The translations under genes were made by a program, and so were the position numbers. Shown piece after piece: positions 35,932 to 45,713 of a stretch of DNA of 64,000 nt. Positions within the stretch are counted from its first letter, which is position 1. The number at the start of each line of letters is the position of its first letter. The DNA comes from Bacteroidota bacterium (GTDB taxonomy: Bacteria; Bacteroidota; Bacteroidia; Bacteroidales; F082), in contig JAERTF010000154.1 of assembly GCA_016845105.1 (NCBI GenBank), positions 25,311 through 89,310 of the forward strand. Direction: 5' to 3'. The notes below the pieces were generated by a model. That model ran no database searches. It worked only from the letters and a program-made list of their open reading frames with translations, and was not told the origin of the DNA.

Positions 35932-37257
35932 TTATTCGGGTGTGTCGCTTTCAAACCAGTCCTTTAGTGATTTTAAAAACCTTGCCGTTCCGGTATCTCC
36001 CGATTCATCTTTGGCTCTTTTTTTGGTTTTCTTTTTCTTTTTTGTATTGGGATCAATAACTGGTTCATCCTTTATTAATGACTTATCTTCTTTTACTTTT
36101 TCATAGGCAAACCTTGATATACCTTCAATAACTAAACCTACTCCTGTTGCATACATTGGACTTGCCATTTCATCTACAACATCATTTGCAAGATGTTCGT
36201 TTGGGTAACCAATTCGTGTTGCCATTCCGGTTGTAAATTCAGTTAATTGGTCGATGTGTTTAAGTTGTGATCCGCCACCTGTAAGTACAATACCGGCAAT
36301 TAGTTTTTTCTCAAATCCTGAATTCTTAATTTCAAAGTATATCTGCTCTACAATTTCTTCCATCCTTGCCTGGATTATAGAAGCCAGGTTTTTAAGTGTG
36401 ATCTCTTTTGGTGGTCTTCCTCTAAGTCCAGGAATTGCAACAACCTCATCATCCCGATTTTCACTTGCAAGCGCTGAACCAAATTTAACCTTAAGTTCTT
36501 CGGCATGCTTCTTAATAATTGTGCACCCTTCTTTAACATCTTCAGTAACAATGTCTCCGCCAAAAGGTATAACTGCAGAATGACGAATTATATCATCCTG
36601 AAAGATAGCTATATCAGTGGTTCCTCCACCAATATCCACTAGTACAACTCCAGCCTCTTTTTCTTCTTCTCCAAGTACTGCTTCTGCTGATGCAATGGGC
36701 TCGAGAATAAGATTTACCATCTCGAGATCGGCCTTTTTAATGCATTTGTAGATATTTTTAGCTGATGCAGTTTGACCAATGATAATATGGAAGTTTGCCT
36801 CCAGATTATTGCCAAGCATTCCCACAGGTTCTCTAATTCCGCTTTCATTATCAATGATATAATCTTGTGGAATTACATCGATAATTTCTTCACCAGGAGC
36901 CATGCTTAGTTTATACATGTTTTGAGTCAAGCTATCAATTTCTTCTATGCTTATCTCTTTGTCGTCATCTTCACGAATTATATTTCCTCGATGTTGATGG
37001 CTTTTAATATGCTGGCCAGCGATACCTACATTAACGTATTTAATTGATACACCTGATTTTTCTTCAGCTTGTTTTACTGCTTTACGTATCGACTGTACTG
37101 TATTTTCAATGTTTGCTACCACACCTCGTTTAACACCAATTGATTCAGTTTTTCCGTAACCGAGTATTTCGATTTTACCATACTCGTTTTTGCTTCCAAC
37201 TATGCAAGCTATTTTAGTAGTTCCTATGTCTAGTCCGACAATGATTTCAGATTCCAT
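35932..37257 (-). CDS. ftsA: Cell division protein FtsA
   Basis: 441 aa actin-fold protein with GLDIGTTKIACIVG and VDIGGGTTDIAIF. It has a Lys-rich C-terminus followed by an amphipathic end, FLKSLKDWF. Confidence 0.95.
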   Translation of the reverse strand: MESEIIVGLDIGTTKIACIVGSKNEYGKIEILGYGKTESIGVKRGVVANIENTVQSIRKAVKQAEEKSGVSIKYVNVGIAGQHIKSHQHRGNIIREDDDKEISIEEIDSLTQNMYKLSMAPGEEIIDVIPQDYIIDNESGIREPVGMLGNNLEANFHIIIGQTASAKNIYKCIKKADLEMVNLILEPIASAEAVLGEEEKEAGVVLVDIGGGTTDIAIFQDDIIRHSAVIPFGGDIVTEDVKEGCTIIKKHAEELKVKFGSALASENRDDEVVAIPGLRGRPPKEITLKNLASIIQARMEEIVEQIYFEIKNSGFEKKLIAGIVLTGGGSQLKHIDQLTEFTTGMATRIGYPNEHLANDVVDEMASPMYATGVGLVIEGISRFAYEKVKEDKSLIKDEPVIDPNTKKKKKTKKRAKDESGDTGTARFLKSLKDWFESDTPE

Positions 37258-37261
37258 ACGA

Positions 37262-38035
37262 TTATTTTTTAGTACAAACTATTTGATCTTTATATGTAAG
37301 GTTGATTTCTTTATATTTATTCCATTCGCTTGATTTCAGATTTCTTTTGTAGAAAGCCTCCAGCTTTTTGAGTTTTACTAATGAGTTTTTTAGTTTCCCA
37401 AATTTAATGATATGATCACCCAATTCTGGTATTAGATCATATTCACCTTTGCTGTTATAGTATATTTGATTTATTTGTGAAGAGAGTAAACTATTTTGTT
37501 TTATAAGCTTTGTTAGATAGAACAATTCGCGGAAGACAGAATTATTATAGATGGTATCGTGAATGTTATTATTAAAACCAGCTATTTTATCATTAATATA
37601 ACCATTAGCAATAATTACACGTGGTGTATATTGTTTACTTGTAGGTATAAAATCACCATTGTTATCGAGGTACATACTTATATCATCCTCACCGAAAATT
37701 CTGATGATTGGATTTTTTTCTTTAACATTTATTAATAGTGTTCCATTAAGTGTTAAATAACAATCAATTTCTTCAATGTATGGGTTTAATATCAATTTTC
37801 TTTCAATGGTAACCGGGTCAATGTCTTTTACAGCAAGATTTGATATACTATCAATATTATTTATGGTTTTTAATATAATATCCCGATTAAGGAAACCATT
37901 ATCTGAATCTCGATAAATCCTAACTTCCACATTATCAATAACAGATACTTGATTTTTTTTAATTATAAATCCTGTGAGTACAATTAATGTAATTGCTACT
38001 AAAGAGAAAAATGATATTTTAATTATTTTAATCAA
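37262..38035 (-). CDS. ftsQ: Cell division protein FtsQ
   Basis: 257 aa with a single N-terminal TM segment (FFSLVAITLIVLTGFII) followed by a POTRA-like region. It sits between murC and ftsA. The start is TTG at 38033-38035, with an 8-nt overlap on murC. Confidence 0.8.
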   Translation of the reverse strand: MIKIIKISFFSLVAITLIVLTGFIIKKNQVSVIDNVEVRIYRDSDNGFLNRDIILKTINNIDSISNLAVKDIDPVTIERKLILNPYIEEIDCYLTLNGTLLINVKEKNPIIRIFGEDDISMYLDNNGDFIPTSKQYTPRVIIANGYINDKIAGFNNNIHDTIYNNSVFRELFYLTKLIKQNSLLSSQINQIYYNSKGEYDLIPELGDHIIKFGKLKNSLVKLKKLEAFYKRNLKSSEWNKYKEINLTYKDQIVCTKK

Positions 38036-39383
38036 ACTGTTTTAATTCTGTTTCAATTTTTGATACAAGTAATCCAATATCTCCAGCACCCATCGTAAGT
38101 AGGACCTCAGGTTTACTTTTCGATATATAATCTAATGTATCTTGTTTATTTAGTATATGTCCTTTATTGTCATCAATCTTATCAAGTATGGTGTTGGATG
38201 TAATTCCATCGATGGGTTTTTCACGAGCAGGGTAAATATCTAGTATTATTAAATCATCAAGCTCATTTAGTTCTCTTGCGAAATCATCAGCAAAATCACG
38301 TGTTCTGCTATATAAATGTGGCTGAAATACTCCCAATATTTTTTTATTCGGATATAGTTGTTTAATAGCAGCAACTGTAGCCTTTATTTCTTCTGGATGA
38401 TGCGCATAATCATCGATATATATAATATCATCATTGAGTATTCTATAATCCATTCTTCGCTCAACGCCCTTAAATGATTCTATGCCTTTTTTTATTTGAA
38501 ATGGTGAAAGTCCAATTTCAATGGATATGGAAACAGCTGCCAAAGTATTTTCAATATTATGTATTCCGGGGACTTGGATCTCGACTTCCGAAATTTTCCC
38601 ATTGATTGTTTCTATATCAACTACAAATTTTCCGTTTTTTATGCTGATGTTCGATGTGTAAGTTGAAGCATGATTTTTTGCATCATAGGAAATCTTTTTA
38701 CTAATTACTTGATCAAATGATCCTAAATTAGAATTGGTTATCAATACACCCTCAGGTTTTAACTTACCGGCAAACTCTTCAAATGTTGTTTTTATATCAT
38801 CATGATTATCATAAATATCCAGATGGTCAGCATCCATTGATGATATAACAGCAATATTTGGTTCTATTTGCAAGAGTGATCTGTCGAATTCATCAGCTTC
38901 TATAATTAGATAATCGGTTGAATCAGAGAGTATCAAATTGGAGTTATAGTTACGGCAAACACCACCTACAAATGCCGATACATTGAGTTTTGCATTTTTA
39001 AATATATGAGCTGTTAATGCAGAAATGCTTGTTTTGCCATGTGTTCCGGCTATGGCAATTGTGAAATAGTTTTGTGTAATGCGACCAATTAGCTCAGCTC
39101 GTTTCATCAACGGAATTCCACTTTTCTTGAAGTAATCTAATTCTGTATTGTCATCAGGGATAGCTGGAGTATAAACCACAAGATCAACATTATCGGGAAT
39201 TTGAATTATATCATCATCAAAGTGTATAATCATTCCCTCACTTATTAGTTCACTTGTGAGTTTGCTTTGTTGAAGATCGTAACCATAAATTTTTGCCCCC
39301 AAGCTATAGCACCATCTGGCAAGGGCACTCATGCCAATGCCTCCAATCCCGAGGAAATATATTATTTCATTACGATTAATCAT
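38028..39383 (-). CDS. murC: UDP-N-acetylmuramate--L-alanine ligase
   Basis: 451 aa with FLGIGGIGMSALA and IAGTHGKTS; Mur ligase architecture. Confidence 0.95.
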   Translation of the reverse strand: MINRNEIIYFLGIGGIGMSALARWCYSLGAKIYGYDLQQSKLTSELISEGMIIHFDDDIIQIPDNVDLVVYTPAIPDDNTELDYFKKSGIPLMKRAELIGRITQNYFTIAIAGTHGKTSISALTAHIFKNAKLNVSAFVGGVCRNYNSNLILSDSTDYLIIEADEFDRSLLQIEPNIAVISSMDADHLDIYDNHDDIKTTFEEFAGKLKPEGVLITNSNLGSFDQVISKKISYDAKNHASTYTSNISIKNGKFVVDIETINGKISEVEIQVPGIHNIENTLAAVSISIEIGLSPFQIKKGIESFKGVERRMDYRILNDDIIYIDDYAHHPEEIKATVAAIKQLYPNKKILGVFQPHLYSRTRDFADDFARELNELDDLIILDIYPAREKPIDGITSNTILDKIDDNKGHILNKQDTLDYISKSKPEVLLTMGAGDIGLLVSKIETELKQFD

Positions 39384-40484
39384 TTACTTCTTAGTCAATT
39401 TAATTACTTCATTTGCAATGTCGGTAGCTGCGTTTGGATAGTTGAATTTATCCAAATTGCTGATAATAGTTTGTTGCAGTTTTGAGTCCTCCACAAGTTT
39501 CTTTATAACCTTTGGTAGCTCTTTATTAGCATCTGCTTCTTTTATTATTAACCCTGCATTACCCTCAACAAGTGACATTGCATTTTTTGTTTGATGATCT
39601 TCGGCTGCTGATGGTAAAGGGATATATATCGCTGGTTTTTTTGCAGCAATAATTTCTGCAATGGCTATTGCTCCCGCCCGTGAAATTATAAAATCAGATG
39701 CTGCATATGCCATGTCCATTTTTTGAATAAACTCGTAAATGGATACATCTTTTTTGTTTATTGCCGACTCTTTAGCAAGATCAAGTGTTGAACTGCCTGT
39801 TTGCCAAATTAATTGTAAATCCAAATCTAGTAGTTTTTCCAGATTAGATACAACAGCCATATTTATTCTTTGAGCTCCCTGACTACCTCCAATTATTAAT
39901 AGAGTCTTTTTATCTTGGTTTAGATTAAAAAAGCGAAGACTTTCTTCTTTACTTGGTACAATATTCTGTATTTCTTTGCGTATAGGATTTCCTGTTATAA
40001 AAATCTTTTCGCCAGGGAAATACTTTTGCATATCAGGATATGAAACACATACCTTGTTTACGCTTTTGGCAAGCAATTTATTTGTGATACCCGGAAATGC
40101 ATTTTGTTCATGAATTAGAGTAGGTATGTTTTTCTTAGAAGCAACATAAAGCAAAGGTCCACTTGCATATCCGCCTGTTCCGATAACTACATCTGGCTTG
40201 AATTTACCAATAATAGAGTTTGCTTTAATAATACTTGATATTACTTTGAAAGGAAAGAGTAAGTTTTTGATTGTGAATCTTCTCTGGAATCCACTTATCC
40301 ATAATCCGATTATTGGAAATCCTGCCAAAGGAACTTTTTCCATTTCCATACGTCCCTTTGCTCCCACAAATTGTATTTCAGCATTGGGTATTTGTTCCTG
40401 AACAGAATTAGCTATTGCTATTGCAGGAAAAATATGACCGCCGGTACCTCCGCCACTAATTAATATTTTTAGATTACTATTCAT
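39384..40484 (-). CDS. murG: UDP-N-acetylglucosamine--N-acetylmuramyl-(pentapeptide) pyrophosphoryl-undecaprenol GlcNAc transferase
   Basis: 366 aa with ISGGGTGGHIFPAIAIA and GGSQGA. Its stop directly abuts the murC ATG. Confidence 0.95.
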   Translation of the reverse strand: MNSNLKILISGGGTGGHIFPAIAIANSVQEQIPNAEIQFVGAKGRMEMEKVPLAGFPIIGLWISGFQRRFTIKNLLFPFKVISSIIKANSIIGKFKPDVVIGTGGYASGPLLYVASKKNIPTLIHEQNAFPGITNKLLAKSVNKVCVSYPDMQKYFPGEKIFITGNPIRKEIQNIVPSKEESLRFFNLNQDKKTLLIIGGSQGAQRINMAVVSNLEKLLDLDLQLIWQTGSSTLDLAKESAINKKDVSIYEFIQKMDMAYAASDFIISRAGAIAIAEIIAAKKPAIYIPLPSAAEDHQTKNAMSLVEGNAGLIIKEADANKELPKVIKKLVEDSKLQQTIISNLDKFNYPNAATDIANEVIKLTKK

Positions 40485-41646
40485 TTGCAGTAGCTAGATT
40501 TAATTCAGAATCCTGGTTTTCTTTTTTGTCGATTTCTTTACTTACACTTAGTATAATACCTATGGCTAGGCTGGTAAACCAAATTGATGTACCACCCATA
40601 CTTACTAAAGGTAAAGGCTGCCCGGTTGTAGGTAATAAATCCACAGCAACTCCCATATTTATCATGGCCTGAAATACTAGGCTAAATGTTACACCTATCA
40701 CTAAGAATGATCCAAATGTACCTGGAGCTTTTGTAACTATTTTAACAGCTCTGAAAAGTAATATTAGGTACAGAAGAACAATTATTATACCCCCTATTAG
40801 TCCATATTCTTCAATAATTATTGCAAAAATAAAATCAGAATAGGGGTGTGGCAGAAAATTTCGCTGAGTGCTGTTACCAGGCATTTTACCAACTATTCCA
40901 CCTGTAGCTATTGCAATTTTTGCTTGTTCAACTTGATAGCTATCTCCCTTGCTACCATCAATATAATTTGATATTCTGGTTTTCCACGTACCAACTCTCC
41001 CTTGCTGACCTTCGGGCAAACTAAATAGTATAACTATTGCAATAGCTGCCGCAACAATTCCAATTCCAAGCATACTGGCTATATATGCAAACTTTATTCT
41101 ACCAATAAATATCAATACTAAGCTAGTTGTGAATAGAAGTGCTGCAGTTGAAAAATTATCCCAAAATATTAAACCGGTAACAAGAAGTATTGGTACAATA
41201 ATTGGTAAGAATGCAGATTTGAAATCATGCACCTCATCTTGTTTTTTTGTAAGCATTCTGGCCAAATAGATAATTAATGTAATTTTTGCAAGGTCCGAGG
41301 TTTGAAATGTTAAACCAAAGGGAAGTGGCAATACTCTTTTGGCTTCATTAAGGTTTAATCCAAAAAACAAAGTAATTAATAGTAGTGGGATAGCAATGTA
41401 TAGCGCGATTTGAAAGATTCGAGAGTAATAAGTATACTTAACTATATGAGCAACATACATAAGAACAAGACCTAAGAATAGTATAAGTCCGTGCTTAAAC
41501 ATATAATACTCTGTATTACCACCCTGATATTTATAGGCAAGGGTTCCGGTTGAGCTATATACTGCTAGAAATGACATAATTGACAATAGAAAAACTATAG
41601 CCCATATTACCTTATCACCTTTTATTTTTTTCAAAAACAGAGCCAT
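40477..41646 (-). CDS. ftsW: FtsW (SEDS-family) peptidoglycan glycosyltransferase
   Basis: 389 aa polytopic membrane protein of the FtsW/RodA family (LPHPYSDFIFAIIIEEYG, PLVSMGGTS), located in the dcw cluster. Confidence 0.9.
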   Translation of the reverse strand: MALFLKKIKGDKVIWAIVFLLSIMSFLAVYSSTGTLAYKYQGGNTEYYMFKHGLILFLGLVLMYVAHIVKYTYYSRIFQIALYIAIPLLLITLFFGLNLNEAKRVLPLPFGLTFQTSDLAKITLIIYLARMLTKKQDEVHDFKSAFLPIIVPILLVTGLIFWDNFSTAALLFTTSLVLIFIGRIKFAYIASMLGIGIVAAAIAIVILFSLPEGQQGRVGTWKTRISNYIDGSKGDSYQVEQAKIAIATGGIVGKMPGNSTQRNFLPHPYSDFIFAIIIEEYGLIGGIIIVLLYLILLFRAVKIVTKAPGTFGSFLVIGVTFSLVFQAMINMGVAVDLLPTTGQPLPLVSMGGTSIWFTSLAIGIILSVSKEIDKKENQDSELNLATANE

Positions 41647-41650
41647 TTAA

Positions 41651-42997
41651 TTATAATTCTTTAACTGCAGTTTTGAATTGATTACCACGATCTTCATAGT
41701 TTTCGAATAAATCCATACTTGCACATGCAGGAGAAAGTAGAACCATATATCCCTTTTTTGCCAATTGATATGCGGCATTTACTGCATGAAATGCTGAATG
41801 CGTATCAACAATTGTCTCAACCATATCACCAAAGGCTTTATGAATTGGTGAATTATCTACTCCCAAACAAACAATAGCTTTTACTTTCTTTTTTACCAGC
41901 TCGTTGAGCTTCGAATAGTCATTGCCCTTGTCGATTCCACCAGCAATCCATATTATTGGTTTGTCGTAATGTTCCAGAGCATACCATACAGAATTTACAT
42001 TGGTTGCTTTTGAATCATTTATAAAACTAATTCCATGCACACTCGATACATATTCCAAGCGATGTGCAACATTATGGAAATCAGAGAAGCATTGTTTTAG
42101 CGTTTCTCTTCTAATATCCATTAGTTTTGATGCAACACCAGCAGCCATAGAATTATGAATGTTGTGTTTGCCTTGTAATGCTAATTGTTCTAATGTCATT
42201 TCTATTTGTGTTTTATTGTCAGTTATAATTATTTCATTGTTTTTTAGATATGCACCCTGAGTGATGTTTTTGTTGAATATGCTGTATGGGAATTTGCTGG
42301 CTACTACATCAATTGTTTTCAGTTTTTCTGTAATTGCGTTGTCGTCCATACAATAAATCAGGGCATCATCTACTGTTTGATTTTGAAGTATCCGGAATTT
42401 TGAGTCGACGTATTTATTGAAGTTGTAATCGTATCTGTCGAGATGATCAGGAGTAATATTTAACAGTATGGCAATGTTTGCTCTAACGCTAAACATACCA
42501 TCTAGCTGAAAACTGCTCAGTTCAATTACATAAGTGTCAAAGCTGCTGGTTGCCACTTGCTTAGCAAAACTTTGTCCAATGTTGCCAGCTAGACCTACAT
42601 TTACTCCGGCTGTTTTGAGGATATGATATAACAACAAAGTTGTGGTAGTTTTGCCATTGCTGCCTGTTATACATATTAGTTTGGCATTGGTGTATCTCGA
42701 TGCAAATTCTATTTCTGAGATTATAGGAATTTTGTTTTCCATTATCTCCTGAACAAGACTTATTGTGTCAGGTATTCCAGGACTTTTTACAACCTCATCG
42801 GCTGATAGTACCATGCCTCTGGTATGACCACAATCTTCAAAATCAATTTCATTATGTTTAAGAACGTCAATATATTTCTGTGAAATTCTGCCGTTGTCGC
42901 TAACAAAAACAGACTTTCCCTTTTTTTTAGCCAATATGGCTGCTCCAACACCACTTTCGCCTCCCCCAAGCACAACTATTTGATAATGAGTATCCAT
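41651..42997 (-). CDS. murD: UDP-N-acetylmuramoylalanine--D-glutamate ligase
   Basis: 448 aa with VLGGGESGVGAA and ITGSNGKTTTT. Confidence 0.95.
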   Translation of the reverse strand: MDTHYQIVVLGGGESGVGAAILAKKKGKSVFVSDNGRISQKYIDVLKHNEIDFEDCGHTRGMVLSADEVVKSPGIPDTISLVQEIMENKIPIISEIEFASRYTNAKLICITGSNGKTTTTLLLYHILKTAGVNVGLAGNIGQSFAKQVATSSFDTYVIELSSFQLDGMFSVRANIAILLNITPDHLDRYDYNFNKYVDSKFRILQNQTVDDALIYCMDDNAITEKLKTIDVVASKFPYSIFNKNITQGAYLKNNEIIITDNKTQIEMTLEQLALQGKHNIHNSMAAGVASKLMDIRRETLKQCFSDFHNVAHRLEYVSSVHGISFINDSKATNVNSVWYALEHYDKPIIWIAGGIDKGNDYSKLNELVKKKVKAIVCLGVDNSPIHKAFGDMVETIVDTHSAFHAVNAAYQLAKKGYMVLLSPACASMDLFENYEDRGNQFKTAVKEL

Positions 42998-43009
42998 AAA
43001 TGTTTTTCA

Positions 43010-44248
43010 TTATCTTAATTTGAGGGTTATTATTGTTAGCACGGCCAGAAAAATTCCAACTATCAAAAACCTCTGAACTATTTTGGGTTCTGGATATCCA
43101 AGTTTCTGAAAATGATGATGAAGGGGAGACATTTTAAAAATTCTAATTCCTTCCCCGTATTTCTTTTTGGTGTGTTTAAAGTAACTCACTTGTAAAATCA
43201 CTGATAAACTTTCGGCTAAGAATATTCCACATAGAATAGGAATGAGTAATTCCTTACGGATTATAATAGCGAACACAGCAATTATTCCACCAATGGCCAA
43301 ACTGCCTGTATCACCCATAAATACTTGAGCAGGGTAGGTGTTATACCATAAGAATCCTACCATAGCCCCAACAAATGCACTTATGAAAATTGTTAATTCT
43401 CCCGCATTTGGTAAGTACATTATATTCAGATAATCAGCGAATATTATGTTACCAGATACCCATGCTAATAATCCAAGAGTTAGTCCTATTATTGCTGAAG
43501 TACCTGTAGCCAATCCATCCATACCATCAGTTAAGTTGGCACCATTGGATACAGCAACAATTATAAAAATCACTATGGGGATAAATATTAAAAATGCCCA
43601 CGCCTGATACCCTTCGCCCATCCAGCTAAGCAACTGGGAATAGTCGAATTCGTTATTTTTTACAAATGGAATTGTAGTTTTAGTTGATCGTGCATCTTTA
43701 ATGCTAAACTTTGATGTTGGTCCGGTTTGATCAAGTTCTTGAAAAATTTGTGTCTCGGATTGCGCTTTTTCACGTACAACAATATCGGAATTGAAATACA
43801 TTACCAGTCCAACAATTAATCCGAGAATAACCTGCCCTATTACTTTGAATTTTCCGCTTAACCCCTTTTTGTCTTTTTTAAATACTTTAATATAGTCGTC
43901 CAAAAAACCAATTCCACCTAACCAAACTGTTGTGAAGATCATTAGGATTATATAGATATTGGCAAGTTTTGCAAATAGGATAACCGGAACAAGTATTGAG
44001 GTTAGGATTATCAAACCACCCATTGTAGGGGTACCTTGTTTTTCAAGTTGACCTTCTAATCCCAGGTCGCGTATTGTTTCACCAACTTGTTTGCGATTTA
44101 AGAATGATATCCATCTTCTACCAAATAATAAGCTTATTATTAATGAAGTAATAATTGCAAGAGCTGCTCTAAATGATAAGTATTCGAACACACCTGCACC
44201 CGGAAAGTTAAAAGCCGTATCTAAATATTTAAATAGGTAGTAAAGCAT
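43010..44248 (-). CDS. mraY: Phospho-N-acetylmuramoyl-pentapeptide transferase
   Basis: 412 aa with [19 protein letters not shown] and [12 protein letters not shown]. Confidence 0.95.
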   Translation of the reverse strand: MLYYLFKYLDTAFNFPGAGVFEYLSFRAALAIITSLIISLLFGRRWISFLNRKQVGETIRDLGLEGQLEKQGTPTMGGLIILTSILVPVILFAKLANIYIILMIFTTVWLGGIGFLDDYIKVFKKDKKGLSGKFKVIGQVILGLIVGLVMYFNSDIVVREKAQSETQIFQELDQTGPTSKFSIKDARSTKTTIPFVKNNEFDYSQLLSWMGEGYQAWAFLIFIPIVIFIIVAVSNGANLTDGMDGLATGTSAIIGLTLGLLAWVSGNIIFADYLNIMYLPNAGELTIFISAFVGAMVGFLWYNTYPAQVFMGDTGSLAIGGIIAVFAIIIRKELLIPILCGIFLAESLSVILQVSYFKHTKKKYGEGIRIFKMSPLHHHFQKLGYPEPKIVQRFLIVGIFLAVLTIITLKLR

Positions 44249-44249
44249 A

Positions 44250-45710
44250 TTATTTATTTATTTCCATTAATTCGGTAATTATATTTTTATCATCGAAAGG
44301 ATGTTTAATTCCAGATATTTCCTGATATTTTTCATGACCTTTTCCTGCAATTAGTATCATGTCACCCGACCTGGCTATATTAAAAGCAGTATTTATTGCT
44401 TCTTTTCGGTCGATAATAACCATGGTGCTACTTTTTTTAGCTGGATCGACACCTTTTTTCATATCTTCTAGAATTTGCAAAGGGTCCTCATTTCTTGGAT
44501 TATCAGAAGTAAGAATGACTTTGTTACTCAGTAGTGAAGCAATCTTTGCCATGGATGGACGTTTACTTTTGTCACGATTTCCTCCTGCTCCTACTACGGT
44601 AATTAGTTCTTCATTGTGAGATCTTATGGAGTTTATAGTACTAATAACATTTTCAAGTGCATCAGGGGTGTGGGCATAATCTATTATTGCAGTAATCCCT
44701 GATGCTGATCTTATAACATCAAATCTTCCCTCAGCTCCTTTAAGTTTACTTATTCCAATTAGCACTTCATCCTTTTCCTGGTTTAGTAGTGATGCAGTGG
44801 CATATACAGCAAGAATATTGTAGGCGTTGAAACTTCCTGATAATAGGGAATAAACATCCTTATCATCAACCTTCATCATCATTCCTTCCAAATCATTTTC
44901 AATTACTTTACCCTTGTATGATGCCATATTTTTAATACCATAGCTGTATTTTTTTGCCTTGGTATTTTGGAGCATCACAGATCCATTTTTGTCGTCAGCA
45001 TTGGTTAGTGCAAATGCATCCGATGGCAGGTTATCGAAGAACCTCTTTTTCGCAGCTATATACTCTTTAAATGTTCCGTGGTAGTCGAGGTGATCGTGTG
45101 TTATATTTGTGAATAAACCACCGGTAAATTGTAATCCTGAAATACGATCTTGTGCAATAGCATGCGAGCTTACCTCCATAAAAACATATTCGCAACCAGC
45201 ATCAACCATTTGATTTAGCAGATCATTAATATTTATTGAATCTGGTGTAGTGTGAGTGCTTTCAATTGTTTTATTGTTGATTTTGTTTTGAATTGTTGAT
45301 AGCAATCCAGTGCTATAACCCAAGTCGATAAACAAATTAAATAGAAGAGTTACTATTGTTGTTTTACCATTTGTACCTGTTACGCCTATAACTTTAAGCT
45401 TATTGGATGGGTTATTGAAGAAGTTAGATGCAATAATCCCCAAAGCTTTTGAACTATTTTGAACAACAATATATGTTACCTCAGATTTTAATATATCGGG
45501 GAGTGTGGTGCATACAACTGCTATGGCGCCATGACTAATTGCCTTATCGATAAAATCATGACCATCAACCTGGGTGCCTTTGGTTGCAACGAATAGTGAG
45601 CCCGTAGTAACCATTCGAGAATCAAATTCCACGGAAGTGATATCAAAATTTGTACTGCCTACAATTTCAATTGTACCAGCTTTATATAATATGTCTTGAA
45701 GTGTTTTCAA
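44250..45710 (-). CDS. murE: UDP-N-acetylmuramoyl-L-alanyl-D-glutamate--2,6-diaminopimelate ligase
   Basis: 486 aa with [23 protein letters not shown] and the DNPR motif ([10 protein letters not shown]). The start is TTG at 45708-45710, one codon after the ftsI stop. Confidence 0.93.
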   Translation of the reverse strand: MKTLQDILYKAGTIEIVGSTNFDITSVEFDSRMVTTGSLFVATKGTQVDGHDFIDKAISHGAIAVVCTTLPDILKSEVTYIVVQNSSKALGIIASNFFNNPSNKLKVIGVTGTNGKTTIVTLLFNLFIDLGYSTGLLSTIQNKINNKTIESTHTTPDSININDLLNQMVDAGCEYVFMEVSSHAIAQDRISGLQFTGGLFTNITHDHLDYHGTFKEYIAAKKRFFDNLPSDAFALTNADDKNGSVMLQNTKAKKYSYGIKNMASYKGKVIENDLEGMMMKVDDKDVYSLLSGSFNAYNILAVYATASLLNQEKDEVLIGISKLKGAEGRFDVIRSASGITAIIDYAHTPDALENVISTINSIRSHNEELITVVGAGGNRDKSKRPSMAKIASLLSNKVILTSDNPRNEDPLQILEDMKKGVDPAKKSSTMVIIDRKEAINTAFNIARSGDMILIAGKGHEKYQEISGIKHPFDDKNIITELMEINK

Positions 45711-45713
45711 ATT

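Noticed and set aside
44248-44250. A decayed murF between murE and mraZ-proximal genes, or a ddl remnant between murC and ftsQ.
   Set aside because: murE and mraY are separated by a single nucleotide, and murC and ftsQ overlap. There is no DNA in which a pseudogene could reside.
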